Below are positions 39,170 to 52,949 of a DNA stretch of 64,000 nt, piece by piece (within the stretch, counting starts at the first letter, position 1; each line of letters opens with the position of its first letter). The notes beneath the pieces were generated by a model. That model saw only the letters and a list, made by a program, of their open reading frames with translations, did not search any database and was not told the DNA's origin. Origin of the DNA: Eledone cirrhosa (lineage: Eukaryota). The translations under genes were made by a program, and so were the position numbers. The stretch lies in assembly GCA_964016885.1 (NCBI GenBank), contig OZ024749.1, positions 930,001 through 994,000 on the forward strand, in the 5' to 3' direction.

Positions 39170-40178
39170 TCATCATCATCATCATCACCGTTTTACGTCC
39201 GTTCTTCCACGCTAGCATGGGTTAGACGGGTTGTCCTGTTGTGGGCAGTGTCTGGTCGGCTGACCATGCCTTGCTCACACAGGAACTGATTTGGCTTGAT
39301 TTCTACAGCTGGATGCCCTTCCTAACACCAACCTCATTTACAGTGAGTGCTGGGTGCTTTTTCGTGGCACCTACATGACCACCTTGCGGTGGGGGGTGTG
39401 GGAGCATATTGTCTATATGCTTCAGCTTGTACCCGTGGGAGGTCGGGTACTCTGTATTACTGCGTGACGCCAGAAGTCACGGTTGTGTGTCATTGCCTTT
39501 GAGAGGTGTAATTGGGTAAGGTCGGCTTTTATCACCTCATCCCAGGTCATCTTGGGTCTCCCCACTCCGCGGTTTCCATCAACTTCTAGTGCTCTGCACC
39601 TTTTTATGCAGCTGTCATCCTTCATACGCATCACATGTCCATACCAGCGCAACCGCCTCTCCTGCACACAGCATTTGATTCCTCTTATGCTCAGTCTCTC
39701 TCTCAATTCATTTATGCTTTGTCGTTCACGTATATTACTGTTACACATCCATCGGAGCATGCAGGCTTCGTTTCTCTCTAATCTACGTAAGTCTTCCACC
39801 TTCAGCGCCCAGGTCTCACTACCATGCAACATCGCTGTTCGGATACACGCATCATACAGTCTGCCTTTCATTCTGAGGGAGAAGCCTTTTGCAGCTAGCA
39901 GTGGTAGTAGTTCCCTAAACTTCTTCCATCCCGTTCTTACCCTAGTTATTGTACTTTCTGAACACCCACCTCCGCTGCTAATTCAGTCATCTAGGTAGCA
40001 GAAGCTGTCTACTGTTTCTACAGAGCCCTCCCAGAGATTGGTGGTACTTGTTTCCTGTGGCTGTTTGATGCTTGCTGTCCCAGCACAGCTGCTGCATGTG
40101 AAGCCTACATTCTTAATTAAGCTTCCTGAGATCCCGCTACATCTCTTGTGTACCCATTGTTTGCATTTGGGGCAGAAG
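39170..40178 (-). mobile_element. RTE LINE subfamily 2, 5'-truncated
   Basis: KGRLYDACIRTAMLHGSETW...RRLRWYGHVMR...GRPKMTW, a 3' UTR and a (GAT)n tail. Confidence 0.92.
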
Positions 40179-40384
40179 TATATATATATATATATGGGGC
40201 AGAGAAGTATATATATATATATACACAGTATGTATACAATTCCGTTTACTGTGTAGTTGTTATCTACTCCTATGTCAACTCTGACTTATGATCAAAGGTG
40301 TTCCACTTATGACCATCCCACCTTTTTTTTTCCTGTTTTTCTTTTATTTTGTTTCTTTTTCAGGCTATCATTATATATACTGTG

Positions 40385-40870
40385 TAATATGCATTTTATA
40401 TACAGTTATACACACTTTATATAATGTTACATGCATTTTATAGTGTATATAACACTTTATATAGTGTTATATATACTTTATATGTTACATGCATTTTATA
40501 TAGTGTTATATACACTTTATACAGTGTTATATACACTTTATATAATGTTATATACTTTATATAATGTTATATACACTTTATATAGTGTTATATACACTTT
40601 ATATAATGTTATATACACTTTATACAGTGTTATATACACTTTATACAGTGTTATATACACTTTATACAGTGTTATATACACTTTATACAGTGTTATATAC
40701 ACTTTATATAGTGTTATATGCACTTTATATACAGTGTTATATGCATTTTATACAGTTATATACACTTTATACAGTGTTATATGCACTTTATATACACAGT
40801 GTTATATGCATTTTATATACACTTTATACAGACTGTGTTATAACATTTTATATAGTGTTACATGTATTTT
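40385..40870. repeat. 21-bp minisatellite (TTATATACACTTTATACAGTG)n
   Basis: Direct reading. Confidence 0.9.
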
Positions 40871-41139
40871 ATAAACACAGGGTTATATGCACTATCTTTT
40901 GTGCTATATACAGTTTCTAAACACTCAGTTATATAACTATATACACACATTATGTTGTAGAGCCGTGTTATTTTAGTTGGAAATTGTACCCCTGAGGTGA
41001 CACAGACAATATTTTGTAGCAACAGTGCAGCCAGATTTATAGCACTGACCGTTAATATAGTCTGTTGAGACAGTGTGGTGATCAGTTAATATAGTTAAGG
41101 TAATTTTGATGTAGGTAACTTGTTTTTTTTTACTGTTTA

Positions 41140-41277
41140 GTCAGGGCCTCTGAGACTGTTATGACATTACTAATAACCCTTTTCAGGGCCTCAGACTTAT
41201 GTTAGTACTAATATCCCTTTTCAGGTCCTCTGAGACTTATGTCAGTAACTAATATCCCTTTTTAGGTCCTCTGAGAC
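41140..41277. repeat. ~40-bp tandem repeat, about 3.5 copies
   Basis: caggg/tcctctgagacttatg..agtactaatatccctttt recurs. Confidence 0.75.
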
Positions 41278-42859
41278 CACTCTCTATCACTGTCTCTCCT
41301 TCTCTGGAAGAAGTAAACAGGACTTGAACTCAAAAGGCATGGCTGCAGAATATATACCCATCATCATCATCATCATTGTTTAACATCCATCTTCAACACT
41401 AGCAAGGGTAGCACAATATGACCATATTGAACATAGTAAAATAGAAATTAAGTTCCCAATGAGTTTTGTCTGCTTCCTGGTTTCACTACGAGGAAAAGAA
41501 AGAAAAGAAAGCTGATTCATCAGATTGAACCAAGAAAACTATGTTTCTGTTGGACTTTATATCTTTTGATCACAACTCTTAGTAGAAGTGTCACAGTCTT
41601 TCTGGTGACATGAGGCATGATTTGAACTCAAAATGCACAGATCCAGAAAAAAAGTGCTACAAAGCATCCTACTCCATGCTTTATCAAATCTCTCAACCTA
41701 TCAGCTCTGGACTGCTACTTCATTTTATTGAACCCGAATGAATGAATGAAAGGCAAAGGTGACCTTGGCATGATTTGAACTCAGAGCACAGAACATTCTT
41801 TCCAATGTTCTAACAACTCTTCTAATACAAAAGATTGCTATTTTGCTTTATTTACAATTGCTAAGGTTTTGTTAAAAAATGCTCCTGTAAATATCACAAT
41901 CTTAATGAATATGTAGAAAAGAGCACAGAGAAATTACACGACTGTATGTAATTTTGCTGAGATTCTCTGATAAGAAAGATATAGAACGAGAAACATATAT
42001 CATCACTTAAAAAGAAAAATAATCTATCACATAAAGAGACTACACTATATATATGTTAATGTTGTATGATGTCCAATAACAATTCATCAATACTTCTGAG
42101 TGAAGTTGATCACCCAAATGGTTTGTTTCCTGTATATAAAGTACGTTAACAATGATCGTCTATTGAAGAGGTAGAACCAAAAAAAAAAAAAAAAAAAATA
42201 GATGGCAGCAGAAGTAAAGTTTTAATTAAATCAGGTTAAACAGATTGGACATTTTCTTTTGTTCCACAACAAACTTTATTACAGTTAAAACCCAAAATAC
42301 TGGCAAATTATAATGTTTTACAAAATAACATTTTTTTTACTTTGAAATAAATTAATATTGTTTGACAATGTTTCCAATGCCTCGGTGGTATTCAAAGTAA
42401 AATACAGTAGAAAATAATAAGAAGGGGTCGGGGGGACCATTTTAGATGATAAAGTTTGGTCAAAATCCCACTTAAAGTACCAACCAGATATATTATAGAT
42501 AATGTGAACCAAACAATAAAATAAAACATAAAATGTTTACATTTACTCCAAAGAACCCCAAAAATAAAAATAAAAACAAAAAATAAAAAAAACAAATAAA
42601 TGATTAAAAATGCCAAAATAATGTTTTTGTTTCAATATAAAAAAGAAAAAGGAAAAAAAAAGCATTTCAAAATAAATAAAAATAACCAACTGTCCCCCCC
42701 ACCAAAAAAAAAAATTTTTTTTTTTCTTGAAGACATTTCTGTAAGTGGATGATTCATTTTCTCACATTAAATTGTACTTAACATATTATAGGCACTGAAC
42801 CATTTATCTGGGTAACAGAATCCTGGAGAAAGTCAGAAAACCTGATTTGTTTTTTTTAT

Positions 42860-43285
42860 GCATGAAACCATTATTTCAAGAATTGGAGAAAGGAAAACCG
42901 GAGGATGGGCCCGGCCCTCCATCCCAAAACACCTGACATGGAACATTCAATGAGGATCTTAGACACACAGGAATCAGTTGGATAGAGGCAGAGACAACTG
43001 CAGCAGATCAACAGTGCAGTTACATCAAGGTCATGACAACTTCCCTAGTGCTAATGCTGCAATAAAATGTACCCAGTACACTCTGTAAAGTGGTTGGGAT
43101 TAGGAAAAGCATCCTGCTCTAGAAACCATGCCTAAATTGGAACACACATAAGCGAAATGTGGTTCCTGGCTGGTCTAGGAGGATAGCAGCTCTGCTTAAG
43201 TACTGACTTAGTCTGTAATGATCCATCCAACCAAAGCTAGCTTGGAAAAATGGAGATAAAATGATAGTGAAGATGATGATGATAT
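42860..43285 (+). mobile_element. Old RTE 3' fragment plus a SINE-B-like tail
   Basis: PKT...TFNEDLRHTGISWIEAETTAAD; ggttgggattaggaaaagcatcc motif; (GAT)n end. Confidence 0.55.
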
Positions 43286-43499
43286 ATATTTAGCTAGTAT
43301 CTAGAAGTCCAGATAAATGGTTTATTACCTGTATTAAACTTTATATGAGACACACATACAAAGAAGCACAGATGATCCTAAGCTTATCTTCACAGAAAAT
43401 AAATCAAACAAGAAATTAATAAAGAGTCTATCAGTTGAGCATTTTTTGGACTTTGAAGTTTCAGTGGAGAATCAGTAAAGAATGCAACAGAAATGTTAA

Positions 43500-44607
43500 C
43501 CCTTTCTTACTTTATTGAACTCAGGAGAATGAAAGTCAAAGATGGCCTTGGCAAGATTTAAACTCAGAATGTTAGGGACCAGACGAAATACCACAAGGTA
43601 TCTCATCTAATTTGACCCCAGGAGGATGAAAGGTAAAGTTGACTATGGCAAGATTACTTGTAGCTGGAATAAATATTGCAAGACACTTTCTCTGATGCTC
43701 TACTGTTTCTGTAAATTCACCAGCTAGGTACTTAACTACTAATGTTAATAATAAGTGGCTGGGTAGATCTAAAACAGCCCACAAGCTTGCTAGTACTGCT
43801 AATACCTGTTCTGAAAGGTATGTGGTTTAGGGGTTAGGTTATGAGTTCGATTCCCAGACTGTTGTGTCCTTGAGCAAGATACTTTATTTCACATAGCTCC
43901 AGTCCACTCAGCTGAAAAAAGATTTACGATAGTACAAGTGTCACACCGTATTGGCATTTGTTTTTCTTTTGGACATTATCGATGGCATGGAGAGGGGAGA
44001 CTGGCATACATGTACACATGTTGGTCTTCCAAAATACACCTCAGAGGTTCATTATATACACCCCAGTGCTTAACTGGTATTTTATCAATCCATGCAAGGA
44101 TGGAAGGCAAAGTTGACCCTGACATGATTTGAACCCAGAAAGTGTTGGAATACAGAGAAGTATTTGTCCGGTACTCTAATCACTGACACTCCACAACAAC
44201 AATAAGTGTTTCTACTTTTGGTACAAGGCCAACAATTTAACGGGAAAGTTGATTATATTGACCCAGTGCATTACTGGTACTTTATTTAATCAACTCTCAG
44301 TAGGATGGAAAGCAAAGTTGACCTCAGCAACATTTGAACTCAGAATGTCAGAGCTGGAACAAATACCACAAAGCCTGATGTCCTAACAATCCAACACCAT
44401 CTTTATGAATGTTAATAATAATTGTTTCTATTTTTGGCACAAGGCCAGCAATTACCCCAGTGCGTAACTGGTACTTTATTTTATCGAGTCCCGTAAGGAT
44501 GAAAGGCAAAGTTAACCTCGGCGGGATTTGAACTCAGACCGGAAAGGGGCGTAACTCTATGCTGCAAAGCATGGCGTCCGACCCTTTACCGATACTGCCA
44601 ATCCACC
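43500..44607 (-). mobile_element. Cluster of SINE family A copies of different ages, with other SINE fragments
   Basis: At least five occurrences of the aggatg(a/g)aaggcaaagttgacc core; a young full copy at 44422-44607. Confidence 0.8.
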
Positions 44608-44915
44608 ATGGAGAAATTATCCAAATATGAAGACCTAGAGATAGAAATAACCTCAATGTGGATGATGGAAACAGAAACAATTCCTGTAATAATAGGTGTT
44701 GGGGATGGTAGAAAAAACCCCACAGAAAAATACATAACCAAAACAAAATATATAGAGTATAGAGAAAATAGCACTACTGGGTACTGTACATATTACGAGG
44801 AGTACTCTGTATATAATAGAAATAACAACACTAAAAACAACTCTGCAGATACTGAAGGTGCAACAGGGTTGTGCTTGGTAATGCAGTGACAACATGCAAT
44901 AACAATAATAACAAT
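44608..44915 (+). mobile_element. R4/Dong-type non-LTR retrotransposon 3' fragment (RLE domain end)
   Basis: EKLSKYEDLEIEITSMWMMETETIPVIIG, followed by an (AAT/AAC)n tail. Confidence 0.72.
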
Positions 44916-45013
44916 TACCAACATCTAAAATGAAATGTCTTTGTAGGATGGAACAAAGGAGATACACAAATAATTCAACTGAAATAAATTTTGGACAAAA
45001 ACATTGACAGGAC

Positions 45014-45640
45014 CCACTGGGGGGAGTGTTTGAGGACTCTGCCCCCACTGGAGGGAGAGTTTGAGGACTCTGCCCCCACTGGAGGGAGCGTTTGAGGACT
45101 CAGCCCCCACTGGAGGGGAGTGTTTGAGGACTCTGCCCCCACTGGAGGGAGAGTTTGAGGACTCTGCCCCCACCGGAGGGAGCGTTTGAGGACTCTGCCC
45201 CTACCGGAGGGAGCGTTTGAGGACTCTGCCCCTACTGGAGGGAGTGTTTGAGGACTCAGCCCCCACTGGAGGGAGTGTTTGAGGACTCTGCCCCCACTGG
45301 AGGGAGTGTTTGAGGACTCTGCCCCCACTGGAGGGAGAGTTTGAGGACTCTTCCCCCACCGGAGGGAGTGTTTGAGGACTCTGCCCCTACTGGAGGGAGT
45401 GTTTGAGGACTCAGCCCCCACTGGAGGGAGTGTTTGAGGACTCTGCCCCTACTGGAGGGAGTGTTTGAGGACTCAGCCCCCACTGGAGGGAGTGTTTGAG
45501 GACTCTGCCCCCACTGGAGGGAGTGTTTGAGGACTCTGCCCCCACTGGAGGGAGTGTTTGAGGACTCTGCCCCCACTGGAGGGAGTGTTTGAGGACTCTG
45601 CCCCCACCGGAGGGAGTGTTTGAGGACTCAGCCCCCAGGA
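45014..45640. repeat. 31-bp minisatellite (CTGGAGGGAGTGTTTGAGGACTCTGCCCCCA)n, ~20 copies
   Basis: Direct reading. Confidence 0.95.
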
Positions 45641-45748
45641 CTCTCTCAGGAATAAGTGGGCGAAGAAGGAGAAGAACATTGATTCAAGAATAAGTTTTAC
45701 CTTTGTTTTAATTAGTAATCACTAAAATAAAAAACAAAACACAACATT

Positions 45749-45984
45749 CCCAAGAGAACTAGGTCAATTAACATCTGGTCCACCCAAGAGAACTATATCA
45801 ATTAACATCTGGTCCACCCAAGAGAACTATATCAATTAACATCTGGTCCACCCAAGAGAACTATATCAATTAACATCTGGTCCACCCAAGAGAACTATAT
45901 CAATTAACATCTGGTCCACCCAAGAGAACTATATCAATTAACATCTGGTCCACCCAAGAGAACTATATCAATTAACATCTGGTC
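45749..45984. repeat. 34-bp tandem repeat (CCCAAGAGAACTATATCAATTAACATCTGGTCCA)n, ~7 copies
   Basis: Direct reading. Confidence 0.95.
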
Positions 45985-46080
45985 TAAACCTGTTTTGTTT
46001 CAAGAGCTGAGAGATATACCAGACAAGAAAATAGATTATATTACACTAGTTCTAAAAACTGAGAAAAAGAGTTGATGTAC

Positions 46081-46139
<59 letters not shown>

Positions 46140-46142
<3 letters not shown>

Positions 46143-46330
46143 CAAAGGAAATGTGGTAAGGAACCAGATGGATCATAACGCACCAGAGTACTCAATACTT
46201 AGGGTAGTAGAGTGGGCAATAGGAAAAAATATGACCCCGATGGCAGAGCTCAAGCCGTTTCGACGGCTATTTCTGGACTAGTCCAGAAACGGCTTGAGCT
46301 CTGCCGTCGGGGTCATATTTTTTTCCTATA
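46140..46330 (-). mobile_element. Fold-back PLE pLTR derivative containing only the 3' half of a hammerhead
   Basis: Arms ~46219-46261 and 46286-46330. GAAAC-GGC-TTGAGCTCT-GCC-GTC-GGGGTCAT. Tail with gagtactcaatac as in 14511-14582. Confidence 0.75.
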
Positions 46331-46529
46331 TATATATATATATACACACACACATACATATATATATATACACACATATATACATATACATACATATATA
46401 CACACACACACATATATATATACACACATATATATATATATACACACACATACATATATATATATATACACACACACATATATATACACATTTATATATA
46501 CATATGTGTGTATATACACACACACATAT

Positions 46530-46790
46530 ATATGGAATAGACCTCTGTTGGTGTTGATGATGAGTATTCCGGTTGTTCAATCAATGGAATGACCTGTTCA
46601 TGAAATTAATATGTAATTGGCTGAGCATTCCACATAGCTGTGTGTACCTGTAAAGTAATTCTCAGGGAGATTCAAGGTGACACAGTGACAATACTGGCTC
46701 TTTAAATTAACAGGTAGAGAGCATTCAATGAGTTTCCCCAACAAGGCTAAGGTGACTGTGAGGCTATGGTAGTAAACACCTACCATGCAG
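46530..46790 (-). mobile_element. Degenerate SINE body fragment
   Basis: ggctgagcattccaca...ctcagggagattca..gtgacacag motif; a related sequence lies at ~43935-44050 in the opposite orientation. Confidence 0.45.
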
Positions 46791-47959
46791 TAAAATATAA
46801 TCTCACCTTATTATTGTCAAGAACATTTCGCTATGCTGTGTCCAATGTATTGACTACTTTATTTAACTGTGGTTTCTTGTTGATCCCTTACAGCAAACCA
46901 TCCTTAATTATATAATCATCAGATTTCCACCATTTTCCCTGTCATTACCATCATTATCATCTCACATTTTAAGTTATTTAGCTTTTAATAAAAAATGCAA
47001 TTGTCAAATTCTGTCTAAGAAATATGAAAGGAAAGGAAAGAAAGAAGAAAAAAAAGCAGAGTGCTTCACAAAAGCTGAACAGTAACAACAAAAACAAGGC
47101 ACCCCTCCCCCCTACATATTGGGGTTGGATTCAGCCATGGCAACATGATCAATAATAATAATTATTGTAATAATGATAAGAGTTTCTAATCAAAGAACAA
47201 GGCCAGCAAGGAGGGTAAAGTTGATTAAATTGACCCCAGTATTTCACTGTACTTTATTTTACTGACCTCAGAAGGATAAAAGGCAACATTGACCTCAGAT
47301 TTCATCTCATAGTGCTTAACTAAATGATGTACTAGTCAAATACTTGGGTCAATTAAATTGGATGAAACGCAAAGGGTCATAACTAAATACTGCAATGCAT
47401 TTTGTCTGATGCTCTACTGATTCTGCTAAACAGAAATCATAAAGTTCATCAATAATTTGAAAAATGTTTAGTTTTTTTCCTTTTTGGGAAGTCACTATAC
47501 TGCAGATAACTATAATAGTTGAATACTTGGAGGTGGAAAACAGTAGATAGAAATGTCAGTGAACAAATACATAATACATTTCCTGCTGGCATTTCTGTCC
47601 CCTATTTTGCCATCTCCAGGGCTGCTTTATTTCATTTTTTAATAATCGACAAGTTCCCGGATGGAACTCGTAAAATTTCACCAAAGAAAATCATGTTTCC
47701 ATTGTTGATACTATCTACCAATAGCAACATGAAATAAAGTGTCTTGCTCAAGGACATAAAGCATTGCTCGGTCCAGGAATCAAACTTGCAAATCCAAATC
47801 TTTAACCATTAAGTCATTGGCTGCTTTAATTGACTTATCCAACTATTATTTATAATTATCTGCATTGTGGTGGTTTTCCGAAAAGGAAAAAAAAACAAAC
47901 ATATTTTCAAATTTCCCCAACGCTTTCGTAAGTTTACTAAATGTTATTCAATAATAATA

Positions 47960-48160
47960 ATTGTTTCTACTTTTGGCACAAGGCCAGCAACGTGAAAGGA
48001 AGGGGAAAGTCGATTAAACGACCCCAGTGCATCACTGGTACTTTATTTTATCGACCTCGTAAGGATGAAAGGCAAAGTTAACCTTGGCAGGATTTGAACT
48101 CAGAATGTAAAGGGATGTAACTCTATGCCGCAAAGCATAATGTCCGACGCTCTACTGATA
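47960..48160 (-). mobile_element. SINE family A in a (TAA)n tract
   Basis: Same consensus; an older copy lies at 47180-47430. Confidence 0.88.
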
Positions 48161-48348
48161 ATAATAATAATAATAATAATTTTAAAATGTGTTGTCAGGT
48201 TTTATTAGAGAAATGGTAAAACTCAGACAAATCAATGTTCTCTTCCTTCTTTCCTTTCAATATTATTTTAAAATTTCATTTATTTAGCAAGTTTTACTGT
48301 TTATTATCTATTTTCATATATTTTTATATTCCCCCATTTTGTTATTTC

Positions 48349-48381
<33 letters not shown>

Positions 48382-48514
48382 CATCATCATTCCAGAATTA
48401 TAAAATTGTTTCATTTGTTTCTCTGATTTTTTGTTTCTGTTCTTTTTCTTTTTCTTTTCTTTTTCATACTCAACAAGGGACCCCGAAGAAGACATGTATT
48501 ATAATTTGTTTGCA

Positions 48515-48582
48515 TCAACAACTACAGCTGCCTTCTTGCGTTTGAGGTTCGGCAGGAGTCTCCTTCAACTTTACCTCTGTCA
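48515..48582 (-). CDS. RAB6: Terminal coding exon of a Rab6-like small GTPase
   Basis: Long polypyrimidine tract plus ctctcAG|, then phase-1 TG-ACA-GAG... giving (M)TEVKLKETPAEPQTQEGSCSC-TGA. C-terminal CxC prenylation motif. Resembles the Rab6 tails I recall (human [21 protein letters not shown], fly MQEVVLKDSPNETKDPEGGCAC). Upstream exons were not found in this window. Confidence 0.78.
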
Positions 48583-48773
48583 CTGAGAGCAAAGGTTAAG
48601 GAAAAAAAAAGAAACAAAACAAAATAAAATAAAATAAAATAAAAAGAAACACAAATTGTTTTTTTTTTTAACATTACACAAAACAAAATAAAAATAAAAA
48701 TAAACTATATATCTGTAGTGACAAGCAGCATTTCAGAAATAAAGCCTCATGCACATGCTAAAGATAGGTTTTG

Positions 48774-48853
<80 letters not shown>

Positions 48854-49954
48854 ACACACACATACATACACACATATATATGTAGCATAGAAAGACTTTC
48901 CTTTGAGAATTTTAGTGTAGTTATCAATGAATTTGAGCTATTAATGGTTTACAAGCTGCAAGGGTTATAGAAGCAGGGTGTAAGAGAGAAATCTGAAAGG
49001 GTTAATGCAGGTAAATAAAATAAAATAAATAAATAAAAGCATGCATTATAGATAGTTGTTGTTTTCTCCTTGAAAGATTTCAGTAGAGTTAGCATCTTAT
49101 AAGAGAAAGGCTGAAGGAAGAATGTAGTGATGATCAAAGTATTTTCAATTAAAAAGGGATTTTATTTACAAATTTTTTTAAGGTGATCTTCCTCTGCTAA
49201 AATGGCTGCTCTTAGCATTGCAGGCACCAGAACGGTCTTTCAACCTGTCATTTTTTAGCTGGATACCTTTTGGTCATCTCTTACCACATACAGCGATATG
49301 GTGTACTTATTCTAAACTTTATTTTCCCTGCTAAAATAACGGTACACTTATTCTATCATACAACAATGAAGGAGGATCATTAATTATGTGGAATATTTAA
49401 ACCCCGATTAGCATAGTTTAATTAGTATCACACACACTTAAAGCAAGCAAAATATTTCTAGACATCAAAATTTAAAGAAATATAACAACAATAATAATAA
49501 TAATAAATGAATATAAAATCAGTAATAACAAGTTAGTAATAGATCAATAATCCTAGAAAGGAATAGTGAATGTACTTTTAAATGAGATGAAAACATTTTG
49601 GTAATGACAACATGGTGCGTGGAATGTGTGATGTGATGATGATAGGAAAAGACTAGTGTTTTCCAAATTGGGTTCCGCCTAAATAATGTGCCTTTTAATA
49701 TAATTTATTATATATTAAAATATTATATAATAAAAATGGCGTAGACATTACAATAGGAGGGAAGATAATAGTAACATTATATTTATATCTGTATTTTTAA
49801 CCACTTGTCAATCAATGATAAACATTGATAGGATTGCCAAATAAATTAACTATGGAGATATAAAAGATACAGAAGTGAAAACCAACCAAACAGTGAGTGT
49901 GTTCTGTTATTATTTCTGGCAATATTACAACAATATGACCCTCCCCAAGTATAA

Positions 49955-49997
<43 letters not shown>

Positions 49998-49999
49998 TA

Positions 50000-50573
50000 C
50001 TAGACCACCAGTGATCTGTTGGGTCACGTTCACATAAAAATATTTTAAAAAATCATGCTCACTTAAAAATAATTTTTAAATATTTAAAATATACAGACAT
50101 GTATATATATGTGGGTATCTCTGACCTACATACAGCGGTCACAGACACACACACATATATATACCTACACACACACTTAGAAACCCTTCCTATTTTCACA
50201 CATCCTGCCCTAACACAACTTATACGATACATATGACTTAATATTCAGTCAAATTCGAGCAAGATACAGTAATGCTGCATTCGATTCTTTGAAGTCAACA
50301 CCAGATCTTCCATTTTCCTTCTCTGTTTCCTCTCTCTATATAAATCTCTTTTAATCTACTCTTTCAAAACCACTCTCTCTTTCTATTTATGAAGGTACCC
50401 GGAAAAAACCCCGTCCATATCTTGGGAGCCTGTGCTCTGATTTACGCAAAATTTGTTTTATTCCATTTGAATTCCTATTTCAGAAGCAACTTTCTTTCAA
50501 AGTATTTTCCCATTATGCAGTGTTTTGGCTGTATTAAATTACAGACAAGCACACAATCACAGAGTTTTAGTAG

Positions 50574-50580
<7 letters not shown>
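50000..50580 (-). mobile_element. Non-autonomous Helitron-like element
   Basis: Minus strand starts TATATACTACTAAAACTCTG and ends with the hairpin GTGACCCAACAGATCAC followed by CTAG|T. Confidence 0.65.
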
Positions 50581-50603
<23 letters not shown>

Positions 50604-50606
<3 letters not shown>

Positions 50607-51881
50607 CGTGCGAACGATATTTGTTTGCAAGATTACTGTCTAGGAAAAAATAACACAGTAGTTTTATTTTTTAAGATTTATTTATCAAACTTGGGTCAGT
50701 TTGTCTTTATGACTTGTTCTTTCGATCTCGCTTGATAAATCCGCAATTGGCTTTGATGACGGCCTCGGAACCGGCTACAGGCCTTCGACACTGTCCCCCG
50801 ACTTTGGCCCCTAAGGCACTTGTGATCCTGGCCTTCAGATTGTCTTTCGTATTGCAGCTAGATTTGTTGGTGTCTTGTTCCAGTGCACCCCACACAAAGA
50901 AGTCGAGGGGTTGCAGTCAGGCGAGCTGGGAGGCCAGATGCCAGGTGAAGTGTGGTCGACGAAGTTCTCTGACAGCCAGGCTTGGGTCTTTCGGCTGGTA
51001 TGGCAGGGCGCTGAGTCTTGCTACCTGCAGCTACCTGGCCGATCCAGGGCTTTACTACCTCGCTCAGAACGCGGATGTAGCCATCGGTGTTCAGCTTGAG
51101 GGCCTCAGGGAAGAAGTGAGGTGGCATGACGTCACCTTGACTGCTGACGACACCTAAGACCAATGTTGTCGCTGGAATCTTTGTCTGCATGACTCTGGGC
51201 ACGTCTTTGGATGAGACAGCGAGCCACCTGTTGTTCTGGGAGTTGATCTTCTGGTCTTGGCAGAAGTTTTTCTTGTCGGAGAAAAAACACAGCATGTCTG
51301 GCTCCAGTGGGTGTTTCAACTTGTTGATCAGCTTCTTTGCGTGCTTCAGTCGCTTTTCTTGCATCGCCTTTGACAGAAATTGCCTTTTCCTCATCTTGTA
51401 TGAAAATTAGCGAATCTCTTCATGTACCACCAGCCTAATGAGCTTTTCATCCATGCCTTTCTCCCTTGCAATGGCATGCATTGACTTACTAGGTTCATTG
51501 TTGATGATATCCTGAACTTCAGCGACGAACTCGGGCGTTCTGAAGGCGTCAGATTGTCGATCATGTGTTTTCCTCTCTGATGTTGCTTTGTAGTCGAATC
51601 CTGAATCTTTCAATTCCTTTCTGACCTTTTCCACCATTCTCCTGGTGACGCTGAGAAAGTCTGAAATTTCCTTATTTGTCCTCCTGGCGCGGATTCCAAG
51701 AAGAACTCTGTGTCTCTTCCACAAATTTGGAGGTTCAAAATTATTCATAATCAATTATTCTGAAAATAAATAATGGAAATGTAGTCACTGTTCTTATGAA
51801 AACAAGAGTGACAACGGAAGTAAAAAAAATTTGCATAAAATTAGCAGTTGAAAATTGCGAACAAATATCATCCGCACCCTA
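50604..51881 (-). mobile_element. Tc1/mariner transposon, DD37D (maT) type, near full length
   Basis: Imperfect TIRs (caccgtgcgaacgatatttgtttgcaa / ttgcgaacaaatatcatccgcaccct) within TA runs. Confidence 0.9.
50707..51754 (-). pseudogene. DD37D transposase with a stop and frameshifts
   Basis: HTH region; FFSDKKNF; QDSAPCH...WPPSSPDCNP(L)DFFVWG with 37 residues between the 2nd and 3rd Asp once a 1-nt deletion is corrected. Confidence 0.88.
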
Positions 51882-52329
51882 TATATATATATATAAACAT
51901 TAGTTGAAAAAAATCTTACCAAGGCCATCTTTGAAAAAAGTGTATATGAATGGGAGAAAGAGAGGTATAGAAAGAGAAGAGCCGGAATCAGATTGATGGC
52001 ACAGAAATTTTGGAGAATTTCAAAAGACAAAAAAAAAATAATGGATAAAGGTTGAAGAATGTAAACTAACGAGAAATATAGAACTATATCATCATGATGA
52101 CCTCTTCAGCTTCCTTATAGGCCACATGGTTTCAGATGGTGAAAAAGGAATGCAACAGAACCAAAATTTCTCTTGGTCTGATGCTGGAATAGGGGAAAGA
52201 GAGCAAGAGAGAGGGAGGGAGGGAGAGAGAGAGGCAGGAATAAGATTGATGGAGCAGAATTGCGAAAGATAAAAAAAATAATCAAGAAAGGATGAAGAAT
52301 GTAAACTAACGATATATATATATATATAT

Positions 52330-52932
52330 TATCATCATCGTTTAACGTCCATCTTCCACGCTAGCATGGGTTGGACGGGTTTGTCCCACTCGGGGCAAGA
52401 TTGGTTGGGTGACCATGTCTCACTCGTATAGAACTGTTTCTGGCAGGTTTTCTACGGCTGGATGCCCTTCCTAACACCAACCACATTTACAGGAGCCTTT
52501 TTACCGTGTCTCCTACACGACTACTTTACAGCATGGACTGGGTGCTTTTTGTTGTGTCACCTACACAACCACTTTACAGTGGACGGAAATGGGAGGATGA
52601 AGTAGGGGTGTGGGGTGGGATGTATATTGGGTTAAGAGGGTCCTACTGACTGTAGGTTTAAGTTCATATGTAAGGGAAGGCAGGTCTTCTGTATTACTGT
52701 GTAATCCAGTGACATTGTCTTAGAGAGGTGTAAGTGAGCAAGGTGAGTTTTTATCACCTCGTCCCAGGTTTTTCTTAGTCTACCCACTTCGTAGCTTCAA
52801 TTAATTTTTATTGCCCTGCACTTTTTTATACAGCTGTCGTCCTTCATACACATTACATGGCCATACCAACACAATCTCCTCTCCTGCACACAACATTTGA
52901 TACCTATTATGCTTAGTCTCTCTCTCAATCGT
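52330..52932 (-). mobile_element. RTE LINE (subfamily 2-like) 3' fragment
   Basis: LRERLSIIGIKCCVQERRLCWYGHVM, plus a 3' UTR and (GAT)n tail. Confidence 0.85.
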
Positions 52933-52949
52933 TTATATATATATATAGT

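Noticed and set aside
45014-45984. CRISPR-sized repeats (31 and 34 bp)
   Set aside because: Head-to-tail tandem repeats without spacers.
51950-52312. Diverged ~90-bp direct repeat as LTRs
   Set aside because: No TG...CA ends, PBS or PPT; probably an internal duplication in an old repeat.
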